Of a stretch of 27,168 nucleotides of DNA, positions 1 through 8,075 are shown piece by piece. The notes under the pieces were generated by a model. That model saw only the letters and a list, made by a program, of their open reading frames with translations. It was not told the DNA's origin and searched no databases. The stretch is from a virus (taxonomy: Duplodnaviria > Caudoviricetes). Positions within the stretch are counted from its first letter, which is position 1. Every line of letters begins with the position of its first letter. The stretch lies in the IMG/VR virus record IMGVR_UViG_3300049924_000271, positions 1 to 27,168 of that record. The stretch is one strand, 5' to 3'. Position numbers and translations under genes: made by a program.

Positions 1-24
1 ATCGCTCGGGCGCCGGGGCGTTCT

Positions 25-435
25 CTAACTCTTTTTTTCTTCCTCCGCTTCGAGTAGTTCCTCGGGGCTCACCTTACGGCCCGCCATCATTTTGCCTAAG
101 AATTCCACAACGCCTTTACACGCGGTAGCGCCCTCATCTAGAACCATGTCCCAAATCTCTTCTAAAGAATATTTCTTTAGTGTCGGGTCCTCGGGTTTCA
201 CTGCCGCTTGATTGTAGTAAATGATTTGCGCGCATTCACTTAACGAAGGGAAAGATGCAACGGATTTTTCCGTTACACTCTTAGACTTAACCGCGCCTCT
301 CGAGAATTTCCACACTAGATGGACTAGGCTCCCGACATTCGCTTCCATAGCTGCGATGTTTTCGAAGGTCGGGCGAAGCAAAATCTTTTGGCCCGCAAGA
401 TTGATTTCCATTTCGTTTCTAAACTTGTTTTCCAT
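25..435 (-). CDS. Tail assembly chaperone (gpG equivalent, GTA gp10-like)
   Basis: Directly downstream of the tail tube gene; N-terminal 'RNEMEINLAGQKILLRPTFENIAAME' resembles GTA-type chaperones; ends at a slippery heptamer. Confidence 0.8.
   Translation of the reverse strand: MENKFRNEMEINLAGQKILLRPTFENIAAMEANVGSLVHLVWKFSRGAVKSKSVTEKSVASFPSLSECAQIIYYNQAAVKPEDPTLKKYSLEEIWDMVLDEGATACKGVVEFLGKMMAGRKVSPEELLEAEEEKKS
31..37 (-). other. -1 programmed frameshift slippery site A AAA AAG
   Basis: Minus strand reads GAA AAA AAG AGT TAG; -1 frame (KKELENAPAPER...) stays open to the window edge. Confidence 0.8.
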
Positions 436-446
436 ATCTCTGCCTT

Positions 447-530
447 TCGTGGGTTAAGGTCGGGGCTTTAGCATCCGACCCCACGACGAACGCTAAAGCC
501 CCTGCCCCCGCGCGCCTACGCGCACGAGGG
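447..530 (-). promoter_or_regulatory. Structured cis RNA element (two stem-loops plus alternative pairing) between tail tube and chaperone genes
   Basis: 11-bp stem 530-505 and 16-bp stem 502-462, each with two G-U wobbles only on the minus strand; loop UCGUGGG complementary to CCCACGA at 453-447. Confidence 0.6.
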
Positions 531-543
531 TTTTCAAAACTTT

Positions 544-1203
544 TTAAGTGCCTAACTGTGCAACGCTAACGCTACCGTTAGAGTTTGCGGCCATCGAGAA
601 ACTTGCTTCGCCGTCATACTCGCCCGATGCTTCGAGAGAATTGATTTTGAAGTTCGCGCTATAGATGCGGCCCGCATCCACGTCTAAGAAAGCGAGAGCA
701 ACCTGCGTATTGGCCATCGCACTTGCTTCCATTGCGCGATAATTTGTTGCGTTGTTGTAAACGCCCGAGCCCGACACCGCGACCGAGCGCATACCGGCGC
801 CGGATTTGATAAATTTCCATTGGTTCGAACCGTGGTTCGAAACGTCGATATCGTCCGCAGTGTATGCGAAGGTTGACGCTCTCAAGCCGCCGATAGTTTT
901 GTAGGCGACGAAGTTAAAGGTCGCGTCCGTCGCATCGGCGGTGATCGCGGTTCCGTCCGGCACGAGGGCTAATCGGAAAGTGCCGTCGCCAATTGCCGAA
1001 AGCGTTCCGTCCGCCGATCCATCGGTCACGAAATAAAAACGGCTTGTAGTAAACGCCGTTCCTACCGCTTCGCTCGGTAACACGAGGTCCCCCACGACGA
1101 GACCGTGCGACGCCTTAACAAAGTCTTGAGTTCCTGATACCGCCGCCGTCATGCTCTCGCCGATTTTGAGCAACATGTCCTTGCCTGATTTTTCCCCTGC
1201 CAT
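544..1203 (-). CDS. Major tail tube protein (TP901-1/GTA type) with internal insertion
   Basis: 'GKDMLLKIG', 'TIGGLRA', 'GAGMRSVAVSGSGV', 'FKINSLEASGEYDGEASFSM' motifs; synteny. Confidence 0.88.
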   Translation of the reverse strand: MAGEKSGKDMLLKIGESMTAAVSGTQDFVKASHGLVVGDLVLPSEAVGTAFTTSRFYFVTDGSADGTLSAIGDGTFRLALVPDGTAITADATDATFNFVAYKTIGGLRASTFAYTADDIDVSNHGSNQWKFIKSGAGMRSVAVSGSGVYNNATNYRAMEASAMANTQVALAFLDVDAGRIYSANFKINSLEASGEYDGEASFSMAANSNGSVSVAQLGT

Positions 1204-1204
1204 A

Positions 1205-1630
1205 TTAATTTCCTCCTAAGAATAGTTTAAATCTTTGAATTCCATGTTTAGTTACATTGTCCGGGTCCGTGATAATGTCGATGAATTCCCGACGTAAAAT
1301 AAGCGTGCTCCAACCGGAAACCGGAAGCTCTTTTTTATGTAAGAGCGCGTCCACTCTAGCTTGGATATTCTGCACCTGTTTGTCACCTCTGCCGGTGTAT
1401 GTCGCGCCCGCTTGATACCAAACGTGAATCCATAGTTCGGCCTGTAGTCCTTCGAAAGTGTAGTTACCTCTATCCTCGAAGGGCTTGATCGCAAGCGAGA
1501 TAAACGGAAACGCAGTGCTATCAGGGACGTGGTCAAAAATCTTATTCGCGCCTATCAACGCCGTGAGCGCGGAATCATTCACCAATTTATTGTATACTGC
1601 GATTTGAGTTTCTTGCGGCGCCCAGGTCAT
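1205..1630 (-). CDS. Tail terminator/completion protein (DUF3168-like)
   Basis: 'Q.AVYNKL..D.AL..L...IFDHVP....FPFI', 'DPDNVTKHGIQRF'; position before the tail tube gene. Confidence 0.85.
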   Translation of the reverse strand: MTWAPQETQIAVYNKLVNDSALTALIGANKIFDHVPDSTAFPFISLAIKPFEDRGNYTFEGLQAELWIHVWYQAGATYTGRGDKQVQNIQARVDALLHKKELPVSGWSTLILRREFIDIITDPDNVTKHGIQRFKLFLGGN

Positions 1631-2091
1631 TTAGTGACCCCTTTAATGCTCGCTTGAATCGCTTTTTTAAATATATCTCCGACCTGTTTAGCCGTCTCTT
1701 TGATCGCCGAGGAAAGCCACGGGCGAGGCTCAACGTTCTTAGTCCCAAACTCGAGCCACGCGCCGTACTTGAGATTAGTGCCGACACGTCCGGTAAGACC
1801 GCCGTTTTGAAAATCGAATTTAATAGATTGCACCAAGCGCCCGGTGTCGGTGTTCGGGGGATCGCCCGGCTTAGATGCGAGCACGTTGCGCTTACGCCCA
1901 TTGGTGTATCTGACTTGCGGGATGCCCGAGGCGTTATCTTGTATGCTCTCAACCGCCGTTTTATGAATGAGAAAAATAGAATCTTGCACGGCTTTGATAG
2001 AGCCCGCTTTGGTCTCGCGCTCGAGGGCCTTTAGTTTCATCTCGAAACGCTTTACGTTTTTTATAACTCCCGTAATTTTAAATGCGCTCAT
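1627..2091 (-). CDS. HK97 gp10-like tail/neck component
   Basis: 'ASKPGDPPNTDTGRLVQSI', 'YGAWLEFGT...EPRPWL'. Confidence 0.88.
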   Translation of the reverse strand: MSAFKITGVIKNVKRFEMKLKALERETKAGSIKAVQDSIFLIHKTAVESIQDNASGIPQVRYTNGRKRNVLASKPGDPPNTDTGRLVQSIKFDFQNGGLTGRVGTNLKYGAWLEFGTKNVEPRPWLSSAIKETAKQVGDIFKKAIQASIKGVTK

Positions 2092-2423
2092 GTTGCAACG
2101 TTCTCCTCTAGATCGAGAATGAGGAAAAACTTGCGCTCATCGGGGCGGCGTATGCCCTTGATTTGAAAAAGTCTCGAGTCAAAAGATACGCGCATGGCCG
2201 TAGTAATATCCGTGCGGTGGCGAATGATACATGTATGCGTGCGCCTAAAATCAATGCGATCGGCGAAAAACTTTTCATAGGATTTCGTGGGCTCAAGCAA
2301 TCCCCAAATGGTCACGAGGTCCGACCATGTAGTAGCAACGCCGCCCTGAGAATCAGACGCGTTTGAGAGCGACTGAAAGGTCACTCTATGGCGTAGTTCT
2401 CCAATGGGGGCGGATTTCGTCAT
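2088..2423 (-). CDS. Head closure / head-tail adaptor (SPP1 gp16-like)
   Basis: 'IGELRHRVTFQ....DSQGG....W..L.TIW', 'IRHRTDITTAMRV'; ATG at 2423 overlaps upstream TGA (ATGA). Confidence 0.88.
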   Translation of the reverse strand: MTKSAPIGELRHRVTFQSLSNASDSQGGVATTWSDLVTIWGLLEPTKSYEKFFADRIDFRRTHTCIIRHRTDITTAMRVSFDSRLFQIKGIRRPDERKFFLILDLEENVAT

Positions 2424-3064
2424 TTCAATTTCCAAATCTTGTAAGGTTCGAGCAACATTTCAGCGGTCTTAGGTAAAGCGTCGGTCATTTCCGCGTCACC
2501 TCTATGCTCATAGAAATTAGAAACGGCAATTTTAATTGCCTCTTTGATATCCTGCGGAACTTCGGCGGCGGTTCCATAGCCAAACGTAGCGGTCACCTTA
2601 ACGCCGTTTACGGGGCGCAGAGTAGTTGACGGCCAGACGCCGCCGCTCTTTAACGCGATTTTCGGACGCGGCGAAATCGTATCCACCGAGTAATTAGAGG
2701 CGTCCATTGCCGTCGAGCCGTCGGTTTCGTCAAACGTCGCAACGCTCGAGACCGTAATGCATGGGCCAAACGGCAATTCTAAAAACCGCTCCTGGCTATA
2801 CAATAAAGAAACGGCTCCGTCCTTAGTGCCGTCCCACCAAGCGTCTTGGTTTACGGTTCTCGGAAAATAATCATAGTAAATAGACCAAACTTGAGAGGTA
2901 AGTTTGCGGTCGAGAAAAGATTCAACTCTTTTTGTTACGCCGCTTATAAGGCTTGCGACTAGCGCGGCGTCGGTCGTCCCGTCTATCCGGAGATGCGTCT
3001 GTATGTCGGTGAAGTCCAGGACCGCTGACGGCGTGCTCTCTAGTTTTGTTTTCACTTCCAACAT
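2420..3064 (-). CDS. Head-tail connector (gp6/gp15-like, phiE125 gp8 type)
   Basis: 'HLRIDGTTDAALV.SLI', 'ATFGYG....VPQDIKEAI...VSNFYEHRG...LLEPY'; start chosen after GGGG RBS. Confidence 0.88.
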   Translation of the reverse strand: MLEVKTKLESTPSAVLDFTDIQTHLRIDGTTDAALVASLISGVTKRVESFLDRKLTSQVWSIYYDYFPRTVNQDAWWDGTKDGAVSLLYSQERFLELPFGPCITVSSVATFDETDGSTAMDASNYSVDTISPRPKIALKSGGVWPSTTLRPVNGVKVTATFGYGTAAEVPQDIKEAIKIAVSNFYEHRGDAEMTDALPKTAEMLLEPYKIWKLK

Positions 3065-3209
3065 TCGCAACCCCATGCTCTTCACAAACGCCGTTATCTA
3101 TCGCGGCTTTTGCGTCCTCATCATTGAGGTCAAAAATCTGCCCTTGCAAAGCCAAAACATCGCGCCCGCAATCCCGGATAAATCCATTTCGATATGCCTG
3201 GACGCGCAT
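2922..3209 (-). CDS. Small hypothetical head-module protein (overlaps connector gene)
   Basis: GAGGA RBS before ATG 3209; 'GQIFDLNDEDAKAAIDNGVCEE' resembles small proteins found after capsid genes. Confidence 0.55.
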   Translation of the reverse strand: MRVQAYRNGFIRDCGRDVLALQGQIFDLNDEDAKAAIDNGVCEEHGVANVGSENKTREHAVSGPGLHRHTDASPDRRDDRRRASRKPYKRRNKKS

Positions 3210-3221
3210 CCGTAATCCTCG

Positions 3222-3250
3222 AAAATGCCCGCGCACGTAAGCGCGCGGGC
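3222..3250 (-). terminator. Probable intrinsic terminator/attenuator after decoration gene
   Basis: GCCCGCGCGC-UUAC-GUGCGCGGGC followed by AUUUU. Confidence 0.6.
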
Positions 3251-3261
3251 GCAAATATCAA

Positions 3262-3681
3262 TTAATCAACCGACGGTTTATTATGCGAATCGCCAAGCAC
3301 CGCAACGCAACCCATGGGGAGAGCAACGGTTCCGCCCTCTACAAGAGTGCATTTTACATATCGCTTGGTTCCACGATAATAAAGGTTGGTGACCGTGCTC
3401 GCATCGTTCGCGCTCAAATCCCATGCGCGAAACACGCTCGCGGTTTCCATTCCTTCCATGTCGGCGGCGGCCACAGTTCCATAAGTCGTATTGTCGTCCG
3501 ACTCGAGAACAGTGAGCGTCACCTTGTTGGTGGATGTGAGCGCAAAAACGCCCGCAACAAAGGACAACAAGCAAGAGCTATATCCCTGCAAATCAATAAC
3601 AGAGGTAGTAGAATCCCCGCTGCCTACTGTTTTCGCGAGAGCGTAAATGCTATTTACGCGACCATATAGAGACTTCATCAT
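3262..3681 (-). CDS. Putative capsid decoration/cement protein
   Basis: Follows capsid gene; beta-rich 'IDLQGY...VLESDD...YRGTKRYVK' pattern; AGGAG RBS. Confidence 0.65.
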   Translation of the reverse strand: MMKSLYGRVNSIYALAKTVGSGDSTTSVIDLQGYSSCLLSFVAGVFALTSTNKVTLTVLESDDNTTYGTVAAADMEGMETASVFRAWDLSANDASTVTNLYYRGTKRYVKCTLVEGGTVALPMGCVAVLGDSHNKPSVD

Positions 3682-3717
3682 AATCAAAACTCCTTTTTAA
3701 ATTTAAAACTCTATCTT

Positions 3718-3745
3718 AAAAATCCCCCGCGCTCGCGCGCGGGGA
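3718..3745 (-). terminator. Probable intrinsic terminator after major capsid gene
   Basis: CCCCGCGC-GCGA-GCGCGGGG (GNRA loop) followed by GAUUUUU. Confidence 0.65.
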
Positions 3746-3764
3746 GAATATCGCAGGGCCCTAA

Positions 3765-5018
3765 TTAAACAATCTTGAGGATCTTGATAGCTTCGTAATT
3801 CTTCACTCCGCCGCCTACGCGCTTGGTAGTGTAGAAAACAACCTTCGGCTTCGAAGAATACGGATCACGAAGAACGCGAATTCCTACGCGGTCAACGATT
3901 TGGTATCCTGCGCGGAAGTCACCATACATAATCAATCCATCGACGCCGGTCGCAAGCGAAGTGTTCAGGTCTTCCGCTTCCATTACCGGAGCGCCGAGCA
4001 AGGTGTCGGGCGCGCTCGATACGAGGCCGGGTTGCCATACATATTGAGTGCCGTCTTTCACTTTGCGGATGATCGACTTAGTCAAACGGTGCATCAAGAA
4101 TGTAGCGCCACGGCGATACGGAGACTTGAGCGCGTCTTGTAGGTCGATAAGGTCGTCACCAGTGATTGAGCCGGTTGCATCGGTCGTGATGCGCTGGACT
4201 TGTCCATAGCTCGAACCGTCGGCGTAAGAAAGAATTCCGCGAGGACGGCCTACACCGTGACCCGAGATAAACGCGGTGGCTTCGGCAAGTGCGAAAGCCT
4301 CGGCGGCGTAATCCGCAAGCCATGCTTCCACGTTCACCGCTGCGTCGTCGAGAAATTGTTGAGTTGCGCCGGGATTGCAATCCATTTCATGCGCAAAAAT
4401 CTCGTCTTGTTTGATAGTCGGGTTAGTGCCTTCCGAACGAGTCGAACGCTCACCTTGCCAATTGGCAGTGCGAGTATCGAGGTCCGAATTGATTTTCAAG
4501 GACGCGCTTGAAATCGCTTGCACGCTCGCGAGTTGGCGAATGGGCGAGGACAAATGGATTTTCTTTGTAATCTCGTTCGCGATTTCAGGGACTACCAAGA
4601 AACCACCGCCCACTTCGGAGTCAACCGAGAGGGTTTTAGATCCCATGAAAGCGCCGTCGTCCGCTTTGTGTTTTCCTTTGCGAATGAATTCGCCGAATTC
4701 CCGCTTGCGAGTCAATAGGTCTTTTGCTTCGTCGAGGGAAACGTCGCGGCCCATGATCTGCTTTGCTTCGGCTTGATAGGCTTTTGCTTCGGCTTCGTTA
4801 TCCGAACCGTTGCCGCCCGTGCGCGACATTGCAGCATTCAACTCTTTGATTTGCTTTTCGAGACCGGCGATATGCTCCTCGGCTTTAGCTGCCTTAGCGC
4901 CGTATTCCGATGCGATAGCCTCGCGGCCTTTTTTCTCGGCGTCGAGTTTCGCGTCATTATTCTTTTTGAATTCTTCGAACGCTCGGCAAAGCTCTTCATG
5001 CTTTTTCTGTAATTCCAT
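3765..5018 (-). CDS. Major capsid protein, HK97 family, with N-terminal coiled-coil delta domain
   Basis: 'GGFLVVPE', 'SPIRQLA', 'ATQQFLDDAAVNVEAWL', 'YVWQPG', 'GDFRAGYQIVDRVGIRVLRDPYS.KP.V.FYTTKRVGG'. Confidence 0.97.
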   Translation of the reverse strand: MELQKKHEELCRAFEEFKKNNDAKLDAEKKGREAIASEYGAKAAKAEEHIAGLEKQIKELNAAMSRTGGNGSDNEAEAKAYQAEAKQIMGRDVSLDEAKDLLTRKREFGEFIRKGKHKADDGAFMGSKTLSVDSEVGGGFLVVPEIANEITKKIHLSSPIRQLASVQAISSASLKINSDLDTRTANWQGERSTRSEGTNPTIKQDEIFAHEMDCNPGATQQFLDDAAVNVEAWLADYAAEAFALAEATAFISGHGVGRPRGILSYADGSSYGQVQRITTDATGSITGDDLIDLQDALKSPYRRGATFLMHRLTKSIIRKVKDGTQYVWQPGLVSSAPDTLLGAPVMEAEDLNTSLATGVDGLIMYGDFRAGYQIVDRVGIRVLRDPYSSKPKVVFYTTKRVGGGVKNYEAIKILKIV

Positions 5019-5053
5019 AGTTACCACTCCCCCTAAATAGTTTTTAAACGAAC

Positions 5054-5713
5054 TTATCCATTTTTGAATTTTGCGATTAGGTTATCGAAGGACTGACTAA
5101 TTAGAGTCGGGTCCTCGTCGGATGCGGCGGCTTCGTCTCGAAGTGCCAATTCCAAATCGCGTCTAGAAATGCCCTGTTCCTTTAATTGGTGCAGAATAAA
5201 TTTCACCTTGTCAATAGCCCCAAGACTTTTTGCTGCCGTAATCATCGCCTCGACATTCATCGGGAAAGTCACAAAGGAATACTCCCAGAGCTTCAACTCT
5301 GTGAGATGCCTAATCATTGTATTGTCGGCGTCGAGACTGGACTGCAAAGTCGTGTAACCAATAGATAAGCCCATGCGGGTTTTCATGCTCAGGGCTTGTT
5401 GGGCGAGCGCGAATTTCTCAACGCCCTTTTGCACTTTGAGATTTACCGCACCTTGTACGAAGAGGCCCGTTGAGTCTTCTTTGGCGCTCTCGTTGTAGCC
5501 AATATGTGAATTCCAATCGTGGTCCGCGAGAATGGGAAACTTACCCTTGTTTTGCTTGAGCGTTACTTTAAACGCGCCCTTGTCTACGATATCCATCCCT
5601 TGATCTATGTTGCCAAAGGTTGATGCGTATCCCTCGAAGCGGCCAAGGCTATCGGCTTCGTCGGCCTCTTTGAATTCGAATTCGAAAGTTTTAAACTCAA
5701 TTCCAGGCTTCAT
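5054..5713 (-). CDS. HK97-family prohead protease
   Basis: 'FEGYASTFGNID...DIV.KGAF', 'H', 'GLSIGY', 'LWEYSFVTFPMN'. Confidence 0.95.
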   Translation of the reverse strand: MKPGIEFKTFEFEFKEADEADSLGRFEGYASTFGNIDQGMDIVDKGAFKVTLKQNKGKFPILADHDWNSHIGYNESAKEDSTGLFVQGAVNLKVQKGVEKFALAQQALSMKTRMGLSIGYTTLQSSLDADNTMIRHLTELKLWEYSFVTFPMNVEAMITAAKSLGAIDKVKFILHQLKEQGISRRDLELALRDEAAASDEDPTLISQSFDNLIAKFKNG

Positions 5714-5826
5714 TATTTCCCCCAATATTTAGATATGAAATTACGAATAACCGCGACGACCCAACAACCGATTAAGATAAACGCCGCGCAGATACTTACG
5801 ACAAGGATAGCGTCTTGGATTTCCAT
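5713..5826 (-). CDS. 37-aa single-pass membrane microprotein (not in ORF track)
   Basis: MEIQDAILVVSICAAFILIGCWVVAVIRNFISKYWGK; TAATG overlaps with both the portal stop and the protease start. Confidence 0.65.
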   Translation of the reverse strand: MEIQDAILVVSICAAFILIGCWVVAVIRNFISKYWGK

Positions 5827-8075
5827 TAGTTATTGCTCCTGTAGGTGAGGACACAACGGCAATTGATTACTTGATCGGCGGGCGCGCTATCATCGCCGGG
5901 GCCTTCCATCAGGCTATCGGGCGGAACACCAAACTTTTCTTCTAATCCCACCTCTGCGCCATTCATCGCACCATGGTCGGCGCCGCCCTTATCGCCGTCT
6001 CTTACGCGCTCATCATTTGCGGTAACCCATTCTTTAAACATGTTGGGGATCTGTAGGGATTTAACGGCCTCTAAAGCGCCGTTGTTAGAGGCAACCGCCA
6101 CCTCCGTGCGAGCAATGCGCGTTGCCATGCCGGGCGTAAGTTCCTCAAATTCCGCGCCGATAAACTTAGCTAGGTCCGCATTCGTATCACCGTCTACGAT
6201 TGCGGTTTGTACCCATTCGCCCACTATGCGCTTTACCCGCTTCGAAGTGGTGCTAGTGATAGTCGAAATAGCTTGGCCCGAGCGTTTCTCTGTATAGGAC
6301 TTTACGAAGTGGTCGAATTTCAGATTGGCCTTATTCTCTTTATTAAACCCCAGCGATTTACCCTCGCCTAAGATAGTAAGACCGAAGTCCTCGAGTGCAT
6401 ACCGGATATGTCGTTTAAGCGTGCGCTCAATGTGGGGCATAAATTCATGCATCTCTTTAAGGAGTGCAAACTCTATGACCCGCGCATCGCTGCCGGGTTT
6501 CGCGTCGATAGTCTGTAGTTGTTTAGAGAGGTCACCGAAATCATTCTCGAGGTCGCGCGTAAACGAAGCGGCTAGGCGTTTGCGCCGGGCGTTTTGCTTG
6601 CGCCACGATTGTTGTTTCTCACCGTCACTTACGAGGTTGAGGCTTTTCCACGCGACTTCTTTTTTCGGCTCTCCGTCCTCTTGATTTGAATCCCCCTCAC
6701 CTTCATCGTCATTGTTGGGCGGTTTGGGACTTCCAGGCTTATTGTCAGTTCCATCGTCTGGATTAGTTTCGTCTGTTTCGTCATCCGGGTTTTCGTTGTT
6801 AGGATCAAGGGGATTGTCAGTTTGTCCACCGCCACCTGAAAACTCCTCGGGCGTTGCCCCAATCTGATTGCCGATAACGAAAACATCCCAACCCTCACTC
6901 GGCGCATATCCTACGGCCTCGCGCTTTTCGTTTTGGGTTAGGAAATTAGAGGTTCCTAACGACGTGTATCTTTGCTCGCGCTTCCATTGCAAGATTTCGA
7001 TATCATCGCGGTCGTAATCTAAATAAAGTTTTTCGCCAAACGAAGGCGAGAGCCATCGGTTGACTGCGGCCATTGCACTGTCCATCGTGGGCAAGACGGT
7101 CTCTTCGTAGAATGCGAGACGGGCCTCGCGGTAGTTATTAAAAGTCTTTACGCCTAATCCTAGTAGCTCGCCCGGCACGCCGTACACCATTGCAATGTCG
7201 GTCGCCGAAATCTCTTTGCCTTTAGAGTAATCAACATCTTTAGGTGAGAGAGACATTTGCGTCCAGGTAAGGCCGCCCTCGATAATCATGGGCTTGCCGG
7301 TATTCTGGACGCCCTGATAATTCTCTTCATAGTCTTTTCTCATGCGCGCGTATTGCTCGTTAGTAATCTCGCCGCGCGGATTAGAGTCGGTGACTTTCAC
7401 CTGTAGTACGCCCGAAGGAGTCGCGGAGTTTTGCAAGAGTGCTAAATTCCAACGCTGCCCCGCGAGGTTTTGGTCGAGTGATAACATCGCGGCTTCGAGG
7501 GGGCTCATTCCATACCAGTCGTTAATTGGATGGAAGGTTTTCCAGTGCAGAATATCCGACTTCATATTGACGATATCGACGGGCCATTCGCGTTTAATTC
7601 CACCATGCTCAAAAACATATTTAGCCGGATAGCCCTTGGGGCCGGGAACGATTTTCATCTTGTCGGGCCTAGCGTTCCATATCTCGAGGGGCAGGCCCTT
7701 ACTAATCGCGCCGCCGTTAGCCTCTAGATATGAATTTCCATCGAGACAATAAAACGCCACCATGTTTTCGATTAGGTCGGCGGTCGATTGCATGGGGTTG
7801 GGCTTTTGCCATAGATCAAGTAAGGGGTGCTTATCTAACTCTTTAGGTTTACGCGCATCGGACTTATCGTAGAGTGAAAAGGTCATGCCCTTTGCGGCGC
7901 CTGAAATCATGTTTACACAGCGATAAACAATTACAGATTTCCCAAATCCAGTCTTAGCAAATTGCTCATAGTTCGCAGGTGTCGATTGCGGTTGCCCGAT
8001 TTGTTGCATGGTCGTAACCGTGCGAGCTAGAGATTCTTTGCGGCCTAGAAAAGGAAATAAATCCCGCCATGTCAT
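5826..8075 (-). CDS. HK97-family portal protein fused to MuF/SPP1 gp7-like head morphogenesis domain
   Basis: Portal motifs 'PNPMQ', 'GNSY', 'YGMSPL', 'N.ATPSG', 'YGVP', 'LTQNEKRE..G'; C-terminal 'RIARTE', 'KEWVT..DERVR...H', 'INCRC'. Confidence 0.93.
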   Translation of the reverse strand: MTWRDLFPFLGRKESLARTVTTMQQIGQPQSTPANYEQFAKTGFGKSVIVYRCVNMISGAAKGMTFSLYDKSDARKPKELDKHPLLDLWQKPNPMQSTADLIENMVAFYCLDGNSYLEANGGAISKGLPLEIWNARPDKMKIVPGPKGYPAKYVFEHGGIKREWPVDIVNMKSDILHWKTFHPINDWYGMSPLEAAMLSLDQNLAGQRWNLALLQNSATPSGVLQVKVTDSNPRGEITNEQYARMRKDYEENYQGVQNTGKPMIIEGGLTWTQMSLSPKDVDYSKGKEISATDIAMVYGVPGELLGLGVKTFNNYREARLAFYEETVLPTMDSAMAAVNRWLSPSFGEKLYLDYDRDDIEILQWKREQRYTSLGTSNFLTQNEKREAVGYAPSEGWDVFVIGNQIGATPEEFSGGGGQTDNPLDPNNENPDDETDETNPDDGTDNKPGSPKPPNNDDEGEGDSNQEDGEPKKEVAWKSLNLVSDGEKQQSWRKQNARRKRLAASFTRDLENDFGDLSKQLQTIDAKPGSDARVIEFALLKEMHEFMPHIERTLKRHIRYALEDFGLTILGEGKSLGFNKENKANLKFDHFVKSYTEKRSGQAISTITSTTSKRVKRIVGEWVQTAIVDGDTNADLAKFIGAEFEELTPGMATRIARTEVAVASNNGALEAVKSLQIPNMFKEWVTANDERVRDGDKGGADHGAMNGAEVGLEEKFGVPPDSLMEGPGDDSAPADQVINCRCVLTYRSNN

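Noticed and set aside
436-543. Known self-cleaving ribozyme or tRNA in the structured intergenic region
   Set aside because: No hammerhead, pistol or twister core and no cloverleaf/T-loop recognisable by eye
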